This document shows, piece by piece, positions 8,765 to 18,461 of a DNA stretch of 40,330 nucleotides (its first letter is position 1; each line of letters opens with the position of its first letter). Origin of the DNA: Actinomycetota bacterium (lineage in GTDB: Bacteria > Actinomycetota > Humimicrobiia > Humimicrobiales > Humimicrobiaceae); assembly GCA_018400395.1 (NCBI GenBank), contig JAGYMN010000002.1:1-40330 (forward strand), written 5' to 3'. The translations under genes and the position numbers were made by a program. The notes below the pieces were generated by a model, which ran no database searches, was not told the origin of the DNA, and saw only the letters and a list, made by a program, of their open reading frames with translations.

Positions 8765-9142
8765 TCACAGAAGCCTTTCCGATCCCGAATATACTTTTTC
8801 AACCTCCAGCGACGCAACCCCATGCCCCGGAAGCCTTTCCGGATTCCATTTTTTCATATCCTCAAATATTTTACCCTCCGTGTAATATTTAACCTTTCCC
8901 TTTAGCTGATATGACTTATCCTGGTCGGTAATGAAAAGTATTGTCCCTATGCTTTGCGAAAGTATATTTTTCTTTGTTTTATCGAAATAATTATCGGCGA
9001 CCAGAATCGCCCCTTCATCATATTTTGAATTACATGTGGAATATATGCTGTTGGGCATACCTTCCCTGTTTACTGTACTGAACACTATCGGACCCTTTCG
9101 TTCTTCCCAGGCCCTGCTCACCTCTTCCGGCATCATTTTCAT
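8765..9142 (-). CDS. pyridoxamine 5'-phosphate oxidase-like FMN-binding split-barrel protein
   Basis: 125-aa ORF. Its size and the pattern ...GPIVFSTVNREGMPNSIY...ILVADNYFDKTKKNI are typical of the PNPOx-like family. Confidence 0.55.
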   Translation of the reverse strand: MKMMPEEVSRAWEERKGPIVFSTVNREGMPNSIYSTCNSKYDEGAILVADNYFDKTKKNILSQSIGTILFITDQDKSYQLKGKVKYYTEGKIFEDMKKWNPERLPGHGVASLEVEKVYSGSERLL

Positions 9143-9222
9143 ATTTTCCCCCGGTAATTTTTTTTATTATAAATGTTATAAATTCATCCGGTTTTTATCA
9201 AATTCTATAATATCTTATAAAT

Positions 9223-10596
9223 TTATCCTGCAAATCTCTCTGCAAGGAATTGGGCCACGAAAGCAACTGCGAACATCACGCTTATTATTATCATCAGCGG
9301 ATGCAGCTGCTTTATCTTTCCCCTGAAGATCTTTATCAGCGTGTAGCTTATAAAACCGAAGCCTATGCCGTAAGATATGCTATATGTAAAAGGCATTATT
9401 ATTATTGTAAGGAATGCAGGAATACCTGTCTCGTAATCTGCAAAATCTATCTTTGTCATCACCGTCATCATCAAAAATCCTACTATTATAAGCGCAGAAG
9501 CTGTAACAGGATATTTATACACTCCCTCTGCTATCTCTATGCCCCCGCCGACAACAGCTATCAGCGGCGCAAAGAATATTGATATCAGAAACAGGAATCC
9601 TGTTACCGTGGGCATTATGCCTGTTCTCCCACCGTCCGACACACCTGAAGCGCTTTCAATATAAGTGGTAATTGAGCTTGCTCCAAAAAGTCCTCCGGCT
9701 ACTGCAGCCAGCGAATCTATCAAAAGTATATTCCTGAGATTTGGAAGCGATCCCTTCTCGTCAAGAAGTTTGGCTTCGCCGCCTACTCCTATAACTGTGC
9801 CCATCGTATCGAAAAAGTCGGTCATAAAAAGCGCAAACACCATCACCAGGGCGGCGACGTTCAGCATTCCGTTGCTCCATACTGCTCCCACTACATCTGC
9901 CTTAAAGAAAGTTGAAAAACCTTCCTTGCCCGGAATACTCAAATATTGCGACGGCAGCGGTATGACTCTAAATATCATACCTGCGATGGCTGTACCGATT
10001 ATTCCCAGTAATATCCCGCCTTTTATACGGAATGCGATAAGTATTATAGTGAGCACCAGACCAAATGCGGCGAGCTGGGTATAACTCGCTGTAAAGTCCC
10101 CAAGCGTTACTGCAGTTACGGGATCCATGTCTACAAAACCTCCCTGCTGTACTCCAATAAACGCGATAAACAATCCTATTCCCACTCCTATAGCATATTT
10201 TAGGCCCATTGGTATGGCCCTCATTATCATGCTTCTCAGTCCCGTCAGGACAAAAATAGTGACTATGATTCCTTCAATTACTATTATGCCCATAGCCTGC
10301 TGCCAGGAAAGCCCCAGTCCGAATATTATTGTATAAACAACTACTGCGTTAATGCCCATTCCTGAAGCCAGCGCAAACGGGGTATTTGTAACAAGCCCCA
10401 TCAGCATGCTCATGAGCCCTGCTCCTATACATGTCGCGATAACGGCGGCCTCAAATGTTATTCCGGTAGCACCTCCTGCTGAAAGTATTGCCGGATTTAC
10501 AAATATGATGTAGGCCATTGTCATAAACGTGGTAACTCCGGCTATAATCTCGGTCCTTATATTTGTCTTCCTCTCCCCGAGCTTGAAGTAACTCAA
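9223..10596 (-). CDS. NCS2/AzgA-family purine (adenine/guanine/hypoxanthine) permease
   Basis: 457-aa polytopic ORF. The N-terminus FKLGERKTNIRTEIIAGVTTFMTMAYIIFVNPAIL is characteristic of PbuG/AzgA-type permeases. It has a TTG start with GGAGGTGG 4 nt upstream. Confidence 0.85.
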   Translation of the reverse strand: MSYFKLGERKTNIRTEIIAGVTTFMTMAYIIFVNPAILSAGGATGITFEAAVIATCIGAGLMSMLMGLVTNTPFALASGMGINAVVVYTIIFGLGLSWQQAMGIIVIEGIIVTIFVLTGLRSMIMRAIPMGLKYAIGVGIGLFIAFIGVQQGGFVDMDPVTAVTLGDFTASYTQLAAFGLVLTIILIAFRIKGGILLGIIGTAIAGMIFRVIPLPSQYLSIPGKEGFSTFFKADVVGAVWSNGMLNVAALVMVFALFMTDFFDTMGTVIGVGGEAKLLDEKGSLPNLRNILLIDSLAAVAGGLFGASSITTYIESASGVSDGGRTGIMPTVTGFLFLISIFFAPLIAVVGGGIEIAEGVYKYPVTASALIIVGFLMMTVMTKIDFADYETGIPAFLTIIIMPFTYSISYGIGFGFISYTLIKIFRGKIKQLHPLMIIISVMFAVAFVAQFLAERFAG

Positions 10597-10770
10597 ATAT
10601 CCACCTCCATAACAAATGATTATAATGTTGAATTATAGATTTATAAGTGTTTTTATACAAGAAAAAATGAGTATTTTATTAAACATATTATAGGACAATT
10701 CAATTCCATCCATGTACTAAAACTATCATATAATTTACAAAAGTTATTATTACAGGTAGAATTAAGGGGC

Positions 10771-10971
10771 ATGGAAGTTTTAAAAGATTTTTTTTCAAAA
10801 GACAATATAACTTTTCTCTTTGATAAGTTCTATAACTGGTTCGAGGGGATTCTGACAAATACTTTTGGAAATATTTCTTACGAACCAATAAAAGTACTTC
10901 TTGTGAATCCCTGGTTCTGGATAATAATAGCAGCTATTATAATTCTGGGCATTATTTTCTGCAGAAGATAA
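10771..10971 (+). CDS. hypothetical small membrane protein
   Basis: 66-aa ORF with one C-terminal TM segment (WFWIIIAAIIILGIIF). It fills an otherwise empty gap. No convincing SD and no recognisable homology. Confidence 0.3.
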   Translation: MEVLKDFFSKDNITFLFDKFYNWFEGILTNTFGNISYEPIKVLLVNPWFWIIIAAIIILGIIFCRR

Positions 10972-11268
10972 TCACTCTTTATCCCCGGATAATAAAGATT
11001 TAATAAAGCCTGCCATGGCAACAATTATTATTACTGATAAAACAAAAAGGAAAGTAAAAAAACCTGGATGCGACCTCAACTTTTGTATCATTAAATAAAG
11101 TCTTGAATTATTTTTTTTAAAGAACTCCATGAATTTATCATCAAGAATCCTTTCCCTGTCCATTTCATCAACATTTGATATCCTATCTATTATCCTGTCA
11201 TCAATTTCCGCTTCAGGTTCTATAACTGCGTCTTTTGCTATTTTTAAATATTTGTTAACATTATCCAT
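10972..11268 (-). CDS. hypothetical single-pass membrane protein downstream of the ECF sigma factor (possible anti-sigma)
   Basis: 98 aa from the ATG at 11268 (GGAG 8 nt upstream). It has an acidic N-terminal region and a C-terminal TM segment (FFTFLFVLSVIIIVAMAGFI). There is no HxxxCxxC zinc motif. The anti-sigma role is inferred from position only. Confidence 0.4.
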   Translation of the reverse strand: MDNVNKYLKIAKDAVIEPEAEIDDRIIDRISNVDEMDRERILDDKFMEFFKKNNSRLYLMIQKLRSHPGFFTFLFVLSVIIIVAMAGFIKSLLSGDKE

Positions 11269-11367
11269 AATAATTCTCCGGGTACCCGGCAACAATTTAT
11301 CTTAAAATACCTATAATATTAGATTGAATTAAAATATTTTTGTTTCAGTTCTTCCTGCTTAATTAAC

Positions 11368-11892
11368 TTATATATAGGTTTTAAGCTTTTCCTTTATTAT
11401 TTTTCTTGCACGGTGGATATTTGTTTTCACTGTTCCTATTGGTTTTCCGGTCAGCTCTGCTATCTCTCTGTAGCTGTAATCCTGGAGGTCCCTTAGTATC
11501 AAAGGGATCCTGTAGCTTTCCTCCATGTCAACGACTATCTTCAATACTTCCTTTACCGCTTCCTGCCTTAGAAAGTTCTTCTCAAGACTCTGTGAAAACT
11601 TTGTGAATACAACTTCATAATCTTCGGTAATCCTGTCAAGGCTTACCTTCCTGTCCTTCAGTTTGGATCTCAGTCTCAGCTTATCTATGCAGGTGTTGAC
11701 TGTAAGCTTTCTTATCCAGGTCTTAAAGCTTGAAAGCCCCCTGAAACCCCCGATTGAAAGGTATACTTTTACGAATACTTCCTGGCTGACATCTTCCGCC
11801 TCGTGGGGATCCCTCAGGATAAAAAAAGCAGTGGTGTAGACATATTTTGAATACATCCTGACAAGACCTTCAAAAGCAGACTTGTCTCCCAT
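11368..11892 (-). CDS. ECF-type sigma-70 family RNA polymerase sigma factor
   Basis: Region 2 is EDVSQEVFVKVY...FKTWIRKLTVNTCIDKLR. Region 4 HTH is YSYREIAELTGKPIGTVKTNIHRARK. The ATG at 11892 has GAGG 5 nt upstream. The ORF is open to a GTG at 11955. Confidence 0.85.
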   Translation of the reverse strand: MGDKSAFEGLVRMYSKYVYTTAFFILRDPHEAEDVSQEVFVKVYLSIGGFRGLSSFKTWIRKLTVNTCIDKLRLRSKLKDRKVSLDRITEDYEVVFTKFSQSLEKNFLRQEAVKEVLKIVVDMEESYRIPLILRDLQDYSYREIAELTGKPIGTVKTNIHRARKIIKEKLKTYI

Positions 11893-12030
11893 TTTTGCCT
11901 CTGCTATAAGTTTTCTGTCATCAGCGCCCTGCGCTGTTACCTTTCCTGTCTTCACTTCTTTATTCCCGTTACGTTATTTACGTGTACATTATTTTCATTC
12001 AGACCAAAACTACCGCTGCAATCTTATTTA

Positions 12031-13431
12031 TCACTGGCCGTTGCTTTCCTGGTCAGGCTGGCTGTCTTCCTGCCGGGTTTCTTCAGCAGGCTGCGACCCC
12101 GATCTCAGCCTTATGGCATCTTCCTGTATCTTCAGAACAGCATCCTCCGGTGTTATGTCCCCCGCCAGCATACTTTTTACATTATCTGTTATTGCATTTC
12201 TTATAACCATTATAAGCTTGCTGTACGGCTTGCCCCTGCAGATCTTTGCCTGTTCAAAAGCATTTTCCAGAAGCGGCTGCCCTATAATATATTCCTCATT
12301 GCCAGCCCCCATAACCGCAGGAATCGTCATAGTATTCTTATTCCATTCCAGCTGAGTCTCTTCTCCAAGCATAAAACTTATAAACTCCCTTGCTGCATCA
12401 AGCTGCTCCCCATATGTATTTATATTTATTATAAATCCAAGTCCCGATATAAGGGGAGTAGGATATCCCGTTCCCTCCCATACCCTTGGTATTTTCACAA
12501 TTCCAGTATTTATGCCTGAATCCACGTATTCATCTGCAGCACAGTACTGGTCTATTATCATATGGGCTCTGCCGCTCTTGAAAAGTTCGCTTATTTCGCC
12601 GTATTCCATTCCACCCGTCAGCAGCCCCTCCTGATTATATGCATAATCCAAAAATTGGAGTGTTTCCTGCATTGCCTGCGAATCAAGTGTCAGCGAATTT
12701 GATTCGTAATCTATTATCCAGTCCCTGTAACCTCCAATAAAAGGAATAATCCAGTCCCCTTCACTCTCGTTTAACAGGAATCCATATATTTCTTCTTCCT
12801 CCTCCGGCTGCTCCAGTTCCTGGATATATGAAAATACACTTTCAAAATCATCCGGAGCATCCGTAAGTATATCCCTGTTGAAAAAAAGAACCAGGAAATC
12901 ATAGGCCCTGAAAGGTACTATGTAGTTCTTGCTGTCATATTTTGCTATTTCTTCCAGACCGTTGAGAACAAGCGTATAGTCTACTTCGTCAACAATCTCC
13001 CTGACTACATTGGCTCCGGCAAGCCTGTGTACCCCCTCAAAATCAAGGAGTAAAAGCTGCGGCCCGGCTCCTGCCAGGCTAGCAGCCTCAAACTGGTCCT
13101 GCAGCTCCTCCTGGCTTCTGAAGTGTCTTGCCTCTATGTCTATACCCCCGTGTTCAGATATAAACTTGCTGCGGCTTCCGGTTAATGCCATCCTCTCCCC
13201 CGGCTCAAGGCAGTCCCACAGCTCTATGGTAGTCATGCTCTCTGATGAAACTGGTTCATCACTTGTTTCACTGCTTTCCTCTTCGGTTTCAAGTCCCGGC
13301 CCGGTCTCCTCTGCTTCCCTGCTAAAGAGCCTGCAGCCAGCGGTAGATGTAAGACAAAAAAGTAAAAATATTATAACTATCATCATTATGAGTATTTTTG
13401 ACAGTTCCATAATCTTTCTCATAGAATGCAC
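12031..13431 (-). CDS. extracellular solute-binding protein (ABC family-1 like), probable lipoprotein
   Basis: 466-aa ORF. A signal peptide ends ...LTSTAGC, followed by an acidic low-complexity linker and then a MalE-like fold pattern (IELWDC...AGAGPQLLLLDFEG...). No permease or ATPase genes are adjacent. Confidence 0.6.
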   Translation of the reverse strand: MHSMRKIMELSKILIMMIVIIFLLFCLTSTAGCRLFSREAEETGPGLETEEESSETSDEPVSSESMTTIELWDCLEPGERMALTGSRSKFISEHGGIDIEARHFRSQEELQDQFEAASLAGAGPQLLLLDFEGVHRLAGANVVREIVDEVDYTLVLNGLEEIAKYDSKNYIVPFRAYDFLVLFFNRDILTDAPDDFESVFSYIQELEQPEEEEEIYGFLLNESEGDWIIPFIGGYRDWIIDYESNSLTLDSQAMQETLQFLDYAYNQEGLLTGGMEYGEISELFKSGRAHMIIDQYCAADEYVDSGINTGIVKIPRVWEGTGYPTPLISGLGFIININTYGEQLDAAREFISFMLGEETQLEWNKNTMTIPAVMGAGNEEYIIGQPLLENAFEQAKICRGKPYSKLIMVIRNAITDNVKSMLAGDITPEDAVLKIQEDAIRLRSGSQPAEETRQEDSQPDQESNGQ

Positions 13432-13690
13432 ATCTTCGGTCTAAATTTTTTTATTAAGTAGATTATATTATAAATGGATTATTCATTCTATAATAATGGC
13501 CAATTTAATACAAACCTGCCCTCCCGGGTTTCACTTTAAATAACGTTTTTCATATAATCAGAGAATTGTTCTGCCAGCAATTCGTAGCAGGTTAATTATA
13601 GCAGGTCTCATTTGTAAATTTTAATAAAATAATCTATCATAGCCTAAAAATATGCTCTTATAAATTTTTATTAATTACGTTACGCGTAAT

Positions 13691-16435
13691 ATGAATAATA
13701 AAAAAGTTTCAAATGCCGTTAAAAACAAGCCTGCCGATAAGGGTGATGAAAAAATCACTGTTTTTATAAACGGTCTAGGCTATGCTGCAGATAAGGGCCT
13801 GACGATACTTGAAATTGCTCTTGCTAACGACATTTTCATACCACATCTCTGTTATGATCCGAGACTAAGGCCCCAGGGTTCCTGCAGACTCTGCCTTGTA
13901 GAGGTTGAGGGACGTCCCGAAGCTGTGCCTTCCTGCCTTACTGTAGCGGAAGACGGGATGAAGGTTACCACTGATTCCGATCATATCAATCATCTTGTAA
14001 AGCTCAATCTGGAGCTTCTCATATCAGACCATCCCCTGGACTGCATGACCTGCGATTCAGCCGGTAGCTGTGCTCTTCAGGACCTTGCCTACCGTTATGG
14101 TGTAGCTGGAACCAGATTTAAGGGAGACACCCATGAAAAGAAAGTACTGGACGACAACCCTTTTATATTCAGAGATAATGAAAAATGCATACTCTGCGGA
14201 AGATGTGTGAGGATGTGCGACGAGGTTATAGGTGCAAATGCGATCGGGTATGCAGGGAGAGGCTTCGAGAGTGAAATAGTACCTGCTTTTGAGCAGTCCC
14301 TTAAAAATACTGATTGTGTATTCTGTGGTAACTGTATATCAACATGCCCTGTCGGCGCCCTGCAGCCCAGACCATACATGAAAAAAGCAAGAATATGGCA
14401 GGTTGAAAAAGTAAGGACCACCTGCCCATACTGCGGAGTCGGCTGCCAGATTGACCTGCACGTAATGGATAAAAAAATAGTCGGTGTGTCAGCACCTGAA
14501 GGCGTGGAACCTAATTTTGGAAATCTTTGCGTAAAGGGGCGCTTTGGAATGGATTTTGTCGGCAGCAACAGCAGGATAACCCACCCTCTGTTGCGGAACA
14601 GCAGTGGAAAATTTGAGAGGATAGGCTGGGAAAAAGCCATTGATATTGTATCAGAAAAACTAAACGGAATAATCAATAAGCACGGCCCTGACGCAATCGG
14701 CGTTTTAAGCTCTGCAAAAGTCACAAATGAAGAAAATTTCCTGATGTCCAGGTTTGCAAGAGCTGCTGTCGGTACCAATAATATAGACCATTGTGCCAGG
14801 CTCTGCCATGCCTCAACAATCACGGGGTTGATACCTACCTTCGGAAGCGGGGCCATGACCAATTCCATAGGAGATATAAAGTATTCAAAAGCTTCCATAA
14901 TAATAGGCTCCAATACTACAGAGGCTCACCCCGTAATAGGCTATGAAATAATAAGAAACATTATTTCCAACGGACTTAAGCTAATTGTTATAGATCCGCG
15001 CTCAATACCCATAACAAAGCACGCAGCCATACATCTCAGACAAAAACCGGGTACCGATATAGCGGTGCTTATGGGAATAATGAATATAATATATCAGAGG
15101 GGTCTTCATGACAGTACATTTATAGCAGAAAAGACAGAGGGCTTTAAAGATTTCGCCGCCGGGCTGTCCAGGTTTACACCAGAAAGAGTAGCTGAAATTT
15201 CTGGCGTTGACAGAGAGGACCTCATTGCAGCAGCAGAAATCTTTGGAAGGTCAAAGCCTGCATCAATATTCTATGCAATGGGCATAACACAGCATACCTG
15301 CGGGACAGACAATGTAATAGCAATAGCAGATCTGTCAATGCTGACAGGCAATGTGGGAAAACCCGGAGGCGGTGTAAATCCGCTGAGAGGACAGAATAAC
15401 GTTCAGGGAGCATGCGACGTTGGAGCCCTTCCAAACGTCTACAGCGGATATCAATATGTCAAAGATGCTGATATCAGAAAAAAATTTGAACAGGCATGGG
15501 GAAAAGAGCTCCCTGCCAGAGAAGGCCTGGGGGTGACCGATATGATAGAAAAGGCGATATCCGGAGAGCTCAAAGCCCTTTATGTCCTGGGTGAAAACCC
15601 GATGTTAAGTGACCCCGATATACTCCACGTAGCGGAAGCACTAAAAAATCTGGAGTTCATGGCTGTCCAGGATATATTCCTCACAGAAACTGCAGAATTT
15701 GCAGATGTAATACTTCCCGGAACATGCTTTGCTGAAAAAAATGGGACATTTACCAATACAGAAAGAAGGATTCAGATGGTAAATAAAGCAGTAGATCCAC
15801 CCGGTGAGGCCATAGAGGACTGGAAAATAATATGCAGCATTTCAGGGGCCATGGGTCATCCTATGGGTTATGCAAATGCTGAAGAAATAATGGATGAGAT
15901 ATCCCGCCTTACGCCTATATACGAGGGTATTAATTATAAAAGGCTTTCAGAAAAAAGCCTCCAGTGGCCATGTACCGACAGCAGTCATCCAGGAACCAGC
16001 ATACTGCACTCTAAAAACTTTACACGCGGGAAGGGTGCCTTCATACCTGTTGATTACAGGCCTCCTGCAGAGGTGCCCGATAAGGACTATCCTTATACGC
16101 TTACAACCGGAAGGATATTATACCAATTCCATACCAGGACAATGACCGGAAAAGTAGACGGATTGAACCAGATGGCACCTATGGCCATTGCTCACATAAA
16201 TAAAGACGACGCTTCCTCGCTTGGAATAGCGGATTCTGATATGGTAATGCTTGAAACGAGAAGAGGCTCTGTAAAAACAAAAGCCCTGGTAAACTCAAAA
16301 ATAAAGAAGGGAACGATCTTTCTCCCATTCCATTTTGCAGATGCACCGGCAAACATACTCACCAATCCCGCGCTGGATCCGGTTGCGAGAATACCTGAAT
16401 ATAAGGCTTGTGCGGTGCGTGTAAGTAAAATTTAA
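13691..16435 (+). CDS. fdhA: formate dehydrogenase alpha subunit, Cys-type, with NuoG-like N-terminal Fe-S domains
   Basis: 914 aa. Domains in order: a 2Fe-2S ferredoxin-type N-terminus, HPLDCMTCDSAGSC, two CxxCxxCxxxC ferredoxin motifs (CILCGRCVRMC, CVFCGNCISTCP), the Mo/W-bisPGD 4Fe-4S motif TTCPYCGVGCQI, and the active-site context IDHCARLCHAS (Cys-His where FdhH has Sec-His). Confidence 0.9.
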   Translation: MNNKKVSNAVKNKPADKGDEKITVFINGLGYAADKGLTILEIALANDIFIPHLCYDPRLRPQGSCRLCLVEVEGRPEAVPSCLTVAEDGMKVTTDSDHINHLVKLNLELLISDHPLDCMTCDSAGSCALQDLAYRYGVAGTRFKGDTHEKKVLDDNPFIFRDNEKCILCGRCVRMCDEVIGANAIGYAGRGFESEIVPAFEQSLKNTDCVFCGNCISTCPVGALQPRPYMKKARIWQVEKVRTTCPYCGVGCQIDLHVMDKKIVGVSAPEGVEPNFGNLCVKGRFGMDFVGSNSRITHPLLRNSSGKFERIGWEKAIDIVSEKLNGIINKHGPDAIGVLSSAKVTNEENFLMSRFARAAVGTNNIDHCARLCHASTITGLIPTFGSGAMTNSIGDIKYSKASIIIGSNTTEAHPVIGYEIIRNIISNGLKLIVIDPRSIPITKHAAIHLRQKPGTDIAVLMGIMNIIYQRGLHDSTFIAEKTEGFKDFAAGLSRFTPERVAEISGVDREDLIAAAEIFGRSKPASIFYAMGITQHTCGTDNVIAIADLSMLTGNVGKPGGGVNPLRGQNNVQGACDVGALPNVYSGYQYVKDADIRKKFEQAWGKELPAREGLGVTDMIEKAISGELKALYVLGENPMLSDPDILHVAEALKNLEFMAVQDIFLTETAEFADVILPGTCFAEKNGTFTNTERRIQMVNKAVDPPGEAIEDWKIICSISGAMGHPMGYANAEEIMDEISRLTPIYEGINYKRLSEKSLQWPCTDSSHPGTSILHSKNFTRGKGAFIPVDYRPPAEVPDKDYPYTLTTGRILYQFHTRTMTGKVDGLNQMAPMAIAHINKDDASSLGIADSDMVMLETRRGSVKTKALVNSKIKKGTIFLPFHFADAPANILTNPALDPVARIPEYKACAVRVSKI

Positions 16436-16695
16436 CTTTTTTTAATACCGGGCACTACAAGAGCCCTTACTGATACGCCGTCCACAGAAATGCCGGTGTT
16501 TAGCTTTTAAAATATCAATTTCTTCCGGGGTATTTTCTGCATGATATTTCCAGGATTCTTTAAAAATGATGTGTTATATATACCGTTATTTTAAGATTTA
16601 GCGATATTTGTTGTGATTTTATTTTTACATTGATTAAATAATATTTTATTTTTGTATAAAAAATTATAAAATTATATAAAGATTTGTGAAAGAAG

Positions 16696-17667
16696 GTGGA
16701 TTTGAATACCCTTATATATGACAAGAATCAAAATTCCCTGGTAAAAAAATTCAGGCAATCCGATATACCTTCCTATATAAGAAACCCGGATTACCTTCTC
16801 TGGATAGATATAGAGACCCCGAGCAAGACCGACATGCAATTCTTGCTTGATAACTTTCATTTCCACCCTCTGGACATAGAAGACTGCCTTAGCATCATCG
16901 AACGTCCAAAACTTGATGAATATGATGATTATTTCTTTCTGGTACTCCATGTTCCCTTATTTATCAAACAGACAAGGAGGCTCACGCCGTTTACTGTCAA
17001 CATCTTTATAGGCAACAACTTCATAGTTACGGTGCACCAGGGTTCCTGCAAACCAATACAGATGACCTACGATAATCTGGTTGAAGATCACGGAATCCTT
17101 TCAAAGGGTTCCGGATATTTGCTGCACAGGGTGCTTGATGCCCTAATAGATTACAATTTTCCAATTCTTAACAAGATATACCGCAATATACAGGATGTAG
17201 AAGATAATATCTTTAAAAAACCCTCTACCAAAAATGTAAGGACAATTCTACTTATCAGGACCAACATACTGACATTCAGAAATATTGTATTTCCCCAGAG
17301 AAAACTCCTTAAGACCCTGGAGATAAAAGACATGGATTTCCTCATAGGTGCACTCGAGGTTTACTTCAGCGACCTTGTAGACCATATTGAAAAAATATGG
17401 GACACGCTTGAGAATTACAAAGAGCTTGTCGAGGGCGTCCATGATGCCCATCAGTCTCTCCTCTCAAACAAAATAAACGATATAATGCGGATACTTACAA
17501 TCTTTTCCGTGGTGATACTTCCGCTTACCCTCATAAGCGGCATATACGGAATGAACCTCGGGCTCCCTCTGGGCAGTTCGCCCTGGGCCTTCACAATAAT
17601 ACTTCTTGCCATGCTTACAATATCAATAGGCATGCTGGTTTATTTTAAATTCAAGGACTGGATATAA
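16696..17667 (+). CDS. corA: CorA-family magnesium/cobalt transporter
   Basis: 323 aa with two C-terminal TM segments and the signature YGMN (GIYGMNLG). GTG start. Confidence 0.9.
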   Translation: MDLNTLIYDKNQNSLVKKFRQSDIPSYIRNPDYLLWIDIETPSKTDMQFLLDNFHFHPLDIEDCLSIIERPKLDEYDDYFFLVLHVPLFIKQTRRLTPFTVNIFIGNNFIVTVHQGSCKPIQMTYDNLVEDHGILSKGSGYLLHRVLDALIDYNFPILNKIYRNIQDVEDNIFKKPSTKNVRTILLIRTNILTFRNIVFPQRKLLKTLEIKDMDFLIGALEVYFSDLVDHIEKIWDTLENYKELVEGVHDAHQSLLSNKINDIMRILTIFSVVILPLTLISGIYGMNLGLPLGSSPWAFTIILLAMLTISIGMLVYFKFKDWI

Positions 17668-17675
17668 AACACGTT

Positions 17676-18461
17676 TTAAGCTGGTACCTTTATCTCGTCT
17701 TCAAAAAAAACCTCGAACCTGTAATGCGTGAACTCCTTAAGATACTGGTCCATAAGCAGACTAAGCTCAAATTCCTGCTCTTCCATGGGCATCATCCTCT
17801 CCCTTGAAAGATAGCATTGCTTTACGAATACGACCCTGTCTCTTCTGTCATAAAATGTGCAAAGCAGCTTCAAGCCTTTTATTTGACCCCTGCCAATATT
17901 TATTACCCTGCCTTCTACTACCATCCTATCATCATCGTAAAAGTAATTTTCAACCTCTACTATCGGGTTGCCTTCAAGGCTTTTATTATATTCACTATAG
18001 TTTACTCCGGTCCTGATCGCATAAAGGTCTATGTACCTTTCTTTTTCCGTAAAATAATAATGGAACGGATATCTTGCTTTCCTCCTCAGGTAATTTACCG
18101 ATGCAGGTATTGTAGAAGAACATATTTGATTTCCTTCCCTATCCAGGAAATCCAGCGTTATCTCCAGATCTGTTTTTAAATTACCTGAAGTATTCTCAAC
18201 CTCGCCAAAAAACACGAGTTCTCCGAATATATCCAGGTATGCATTGCAGTTTTTTACCTCGATCCCTATGCTTGAAGTATTTTTAATTAATATATTCTCA
18301 TAATCAAAAAGATAAAGGCTGCCCTGGCTATCAGGGGCTGCCTCCTGGTCGGAAACGCTGCTGCTCCCCTGACTGCATGAGAGCGAGGTTATTAAGGCAG
18401 ATGAAACAATAAAAAATATAATAAATTTTATAACTTTTTTAACGAGACTAGCACTCATCAT
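17676..18461 (-). CDS. hypothetical secreted protein or lipoprotein with an internally duplicated domain
   Basis: 261 aa. The signal peptide ends ...ITSLSCSQG. Two similar modules are visible (FFGEVENTSGNLKTDLEITLDFLDREG and VEGRVINIGRGQIKGLKLLCTFYDRRD). It overlaps the panD stop by 14 nt, which suggests co-transcription. Confidence 0.55.
   Translation of the reverse strand: MMSASLVKKVIKFIIFFIVSSALITSLSCSQGSSSVSDQEAAPDSQGSLYLFDYENILIKNTSSIGIEVKNCNAYLDIFGELVFFGEVENTSGNLKTDLEITLDFLDREGNQICSSTIPASVNYLRRKARYPFHYYFTEKERYIDLYAIRTGVNYSEYNKSLEGNPIVEVENYFYDDDRMVVEGRVINIGRGQIKGLKLLCTFYDRRDRVVFVKQCYLSRERMMPMEEQEFELSLLMDQYLKEFTHYRFEVFFEDEIKVPA

Noticed and set aside
10597-10720. Expected a purine riboswitch in the 5' leader of the NCS2 purine permease gene (minus strand).
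   Set aside because: I reverse-complemented the leader. It is almost pure A/T, with only promoter-like TATAAT/TTGTAT elements and a GGAGGTGG SD. There is no three-way junction and no conserved riboswitch loop or junction sequences.
11893-12030. Searched upstream of the ECF sigma gene for an autoregulated ECF promoter (GAAC-type -35 element followed by CGT-type -10).
   Set aside because: TGAATG and CGTAA elements are present, but the spacing (13 or about 23 nt) does not fit the roughly 16-17 nt expected.
14790-14830. Looked for an in-frame TGA (selenocysteine) and a SECIS element in the formate dehydrogenase gene.
   Set aside because: The ORF is uninterrupted, and the Sec-equivalent position is a TGC Cys codon (ARLCHAS).
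16436-16695. Possible M-box riboswitch upstream of corA, and a GC-richer stretch (16440-16570) that reads on the minus strand as an open 45-codon frame (…ENTPEEIDILKAKHRHFCGRR…).
   Set aside because: No M-box-like conserved helices are recognisable. The short frame has no start codon, no SD and no recognisable homology. It may be a gene remnant, but the evidence is insufficient to call a pseudogene.
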